Translations under genes and position numbers: made by a program
Source of the DNA: Paraspadella gotoi
Taxonomy: Eukaryota; Animalia; Chaetognatha
Direction of reading: 5' to 3'
Assembly: GCA_051294375.1 (NCBI GenBank)
Contig: CM119264.1
Span: 28,748,696-28,812,695, forward strand
Length of the DNA stretch: 64,000 bases
Shown here: piece by piece, positions 1 to 64,000 of the stretch
How the letters are laid out: each line of letters opens with the position of its first letter
How positions within the stretch are numbered: position 1 is the first letter of the stretch
Notes under the pieces: generated by a model
Databases searched by the model: none
Seen by the model: the letters and a program-made list of their open reading frames with translations, nothing else
What the model was told of the DNA's origin: nothing

Positions 1-204
1 GGCCTACTGCAAAATTAAAAAACATAAAATTATTTTTTTTTACAAATTAATGTTCACTGATGTATATTGTTCATAATTACTTTAGAATTTTCGTATTTAA
101 CTTTCACTACGCCTTAATGTATAAAGTTTCTATGATTTAAGCTTTAATAATAGTAATCCGATGACTTTAATTTTGACAGAATTTGCTTGTGTAGGTTAGT
201 GGAG

Positions 205-400
205 ATAAGGATTTAGATTTAAGACGGGAAGTGGTGATAAGGATTTAGATTTAAGTCAGGAAGTGGTGTTAAGGATTTAGATTTAAGTCAGGAAGTGGTG
301 TTAAGGATTTAGATTAAGTTGGGAAGTGGTGATAAGGATTTATATTTAAGTCGGGAAGTGGTGATAAGGATTTAGATTTAAGTCGGAAAGTGGTGATAAA
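205..400 (+). repeat. ~32-bp minisatellite AAGGATTTAGATTTAAGTCAGGAAGTGGTGAT
   Basis: About six tandem copies. Confidence 0.9.
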
Positions 401-424
401 GCAAATAAATCCCCCAGAACTCAC

Positions 425-62545
<62,121 letters not shown>

Positions 62546-63598
62546 CTGGTTGCGGCGGGAGTGAGAATGGAAGGAGGGGGTGAGAGGGTGGGAAAGTGAG
62601 GCCAAAAGAATGAGAGAGGTGGGTTCGACCCGGGGGGGGGGTGAAGAGAGAACGATTAAAAATCGGTAGGATCGTGACAAATAGAAAACAAAAATGAGAT
62701 TGAAAGTCAACAAAATTTTATCGTGATTGATATATGATGTATAATTTTTGAATATAATTTAAAACATTTTTTTTTGTTTAACTTCCCCAAAAAACAATAA
62801 TTCCGTGTCGTAAAAAATGTGAAACCAAAAAATACTCATCACAACACTAAAAAAATAAAATTTTTAAGAATAAATATGTGTTCGTCCACAATATTATCAT
62901 TATGAAATACGAAAGTTGATTTTTGTACGATTACAAACAATATAGTCGTTACATAAAGTGAGCTCTTTAACATTGAACATGAGGCGTTTTGAAAATAGAA
63001 AAAGAAAACGAGAGAGATAGTCGCGGGGGGGGGGGCGGCGAAAAAAAATTTAGGGAAAAAAGAAAATTTTACGATAGATTGGCTGTTAAGTTTTTGTAGA
63101 GTTTTTAACCGACAAAATAAATAATTATAATGCTATTAAACGTGAATCATAAGTACTAAAAATAATAAATTTATACTCATTTCTCACACTGTTTGCATAT
63201 TTACGACTATGACGTCCTTTCGGAGATTTTATGATTTTTAATCTTTCTAATTCTAGTTTCGGCTCTTTTCATAAATATTTAATGTCGTCAAACTCAACTA
63301 TTATCACATGATTTCATTAACCTCAACTTACTTTTTTATTCATTTCTTTAAAATCATTCCTTTTTTTTATTCAAAATAAACTTCGTAGCTAAAGATTATC
63401 GTTTTTTTTTATTACCTTTTGAAATAATACAGAAAATGTCTCGAGTCGAACTTCGATCGTTGCTCTTATGTTCGACCCATGGGAAAAAATCAACCAATAG
63501 TAAATCAGCTTTGATATTAGCACAGCCAATGGGGAATGAAGACAGAACCGACTTCGCACTTCAATTTAAATTGACTTTAAAACTCACAACTCTCACGT

Positions 63599-63670
63599 GG
63601 GGATATAGCTCAGTGGTAGAGCATTCGACTGCAGATCGAGAGGTCCCCGGTTCAAACCCGGGTGTCCCCT
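63599..63670 (+). tRNA. tRNA-Cys (GCA)
   Basis: GGGGATATAGCTCAGTGGTAGAGCATTCGACTGCAGATCGAGAGGTCCCCGGTTCAAACCCGGGTGTCCCCT: full cloverleaf, anticodon GCA, U73 discriminator, downstream T-run terminator. Confidence 0.95.
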
Positions 63671-63704
63671 TTCTTTTTGCGATGACATTTCCTAATTTTT
63701 CTTA

Positions 63705-64000
63705 GCCATGTCCTTACCTATATCTTGACCTTGTGTCATGTCTTTTTCAAATCCTTTTTAACCTTGTTCTTGCCCTAATTCTCACCTTGTGCCATGTCTT
63801 TTCCAATCATTCTTAACCATGTCCTTGCCCATTTCCCCACCTTTTGCAATGTCTTTTCTAACTTCTTCTTAACCATGACCGAGCCCATATATTCACCTTG
63901 TGCCGTGTCTTTTCCAAATCATTCTTCACCATGTCCTTGCTTTAAATTTTACCTTGTGCCATGTCTTTTCCAAGTCCTTCTTAACCATGTCCTTGCCCAT
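63705..64000 (+). repeat. ~56-bp tandem repeat
   Basis: CATGTCTTTTCCAA..TTCTTAACCATGTCCTTGCC recurs at ~63737, 63793, 63848, 63904 and 63960. Confidence 0.85.

Overview
Animal (metazoan-type) draft genomic DNA with microsatellite-rich introns, many N-gaps and stretches of indel-rich, long-read-quality sequence. Nearly the whole window is the middle of one large minus-strand axonemal dynein heavy chain gene (DNAH6/DNAH14-like). I traced about 40 exons from the tail through the linker and AAA1-AAA3 to the start of AAA4, and the gene runs off both window ends. Its introns host three spliced plus-strand genes and a tRNA-Cys(GCA): a single-pass KCNE/MiRP-like membrane protein gene (~16.95-24.45 kb) and two tandem 3-exon paralogs of an unrecognised ~170-aa membrane protein (56.8-59.4 kb). 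The most unusual element is a complete 689-bp miniature LTR retrotransposon (TRIM, 645-1333) with TG..CA LTRs, PBS, PPT and a 4-bp TSD. Its LTRs carry a tRNA-like Pol III promoter and a twister-ribozyme-like motif; a solo LTR, a truncated LTR and tRNA-SINEs sharing the LTR's first ~60 nt also occur. Segments 38.2-45.4 kb and 45.5-48.45 kb are noisy duplicates of neighbouring sequence (probably assembly artefacts), and the first carries a hAT-like insertion absent from the clean copy. All calls come from manual reading; no database searches were run.
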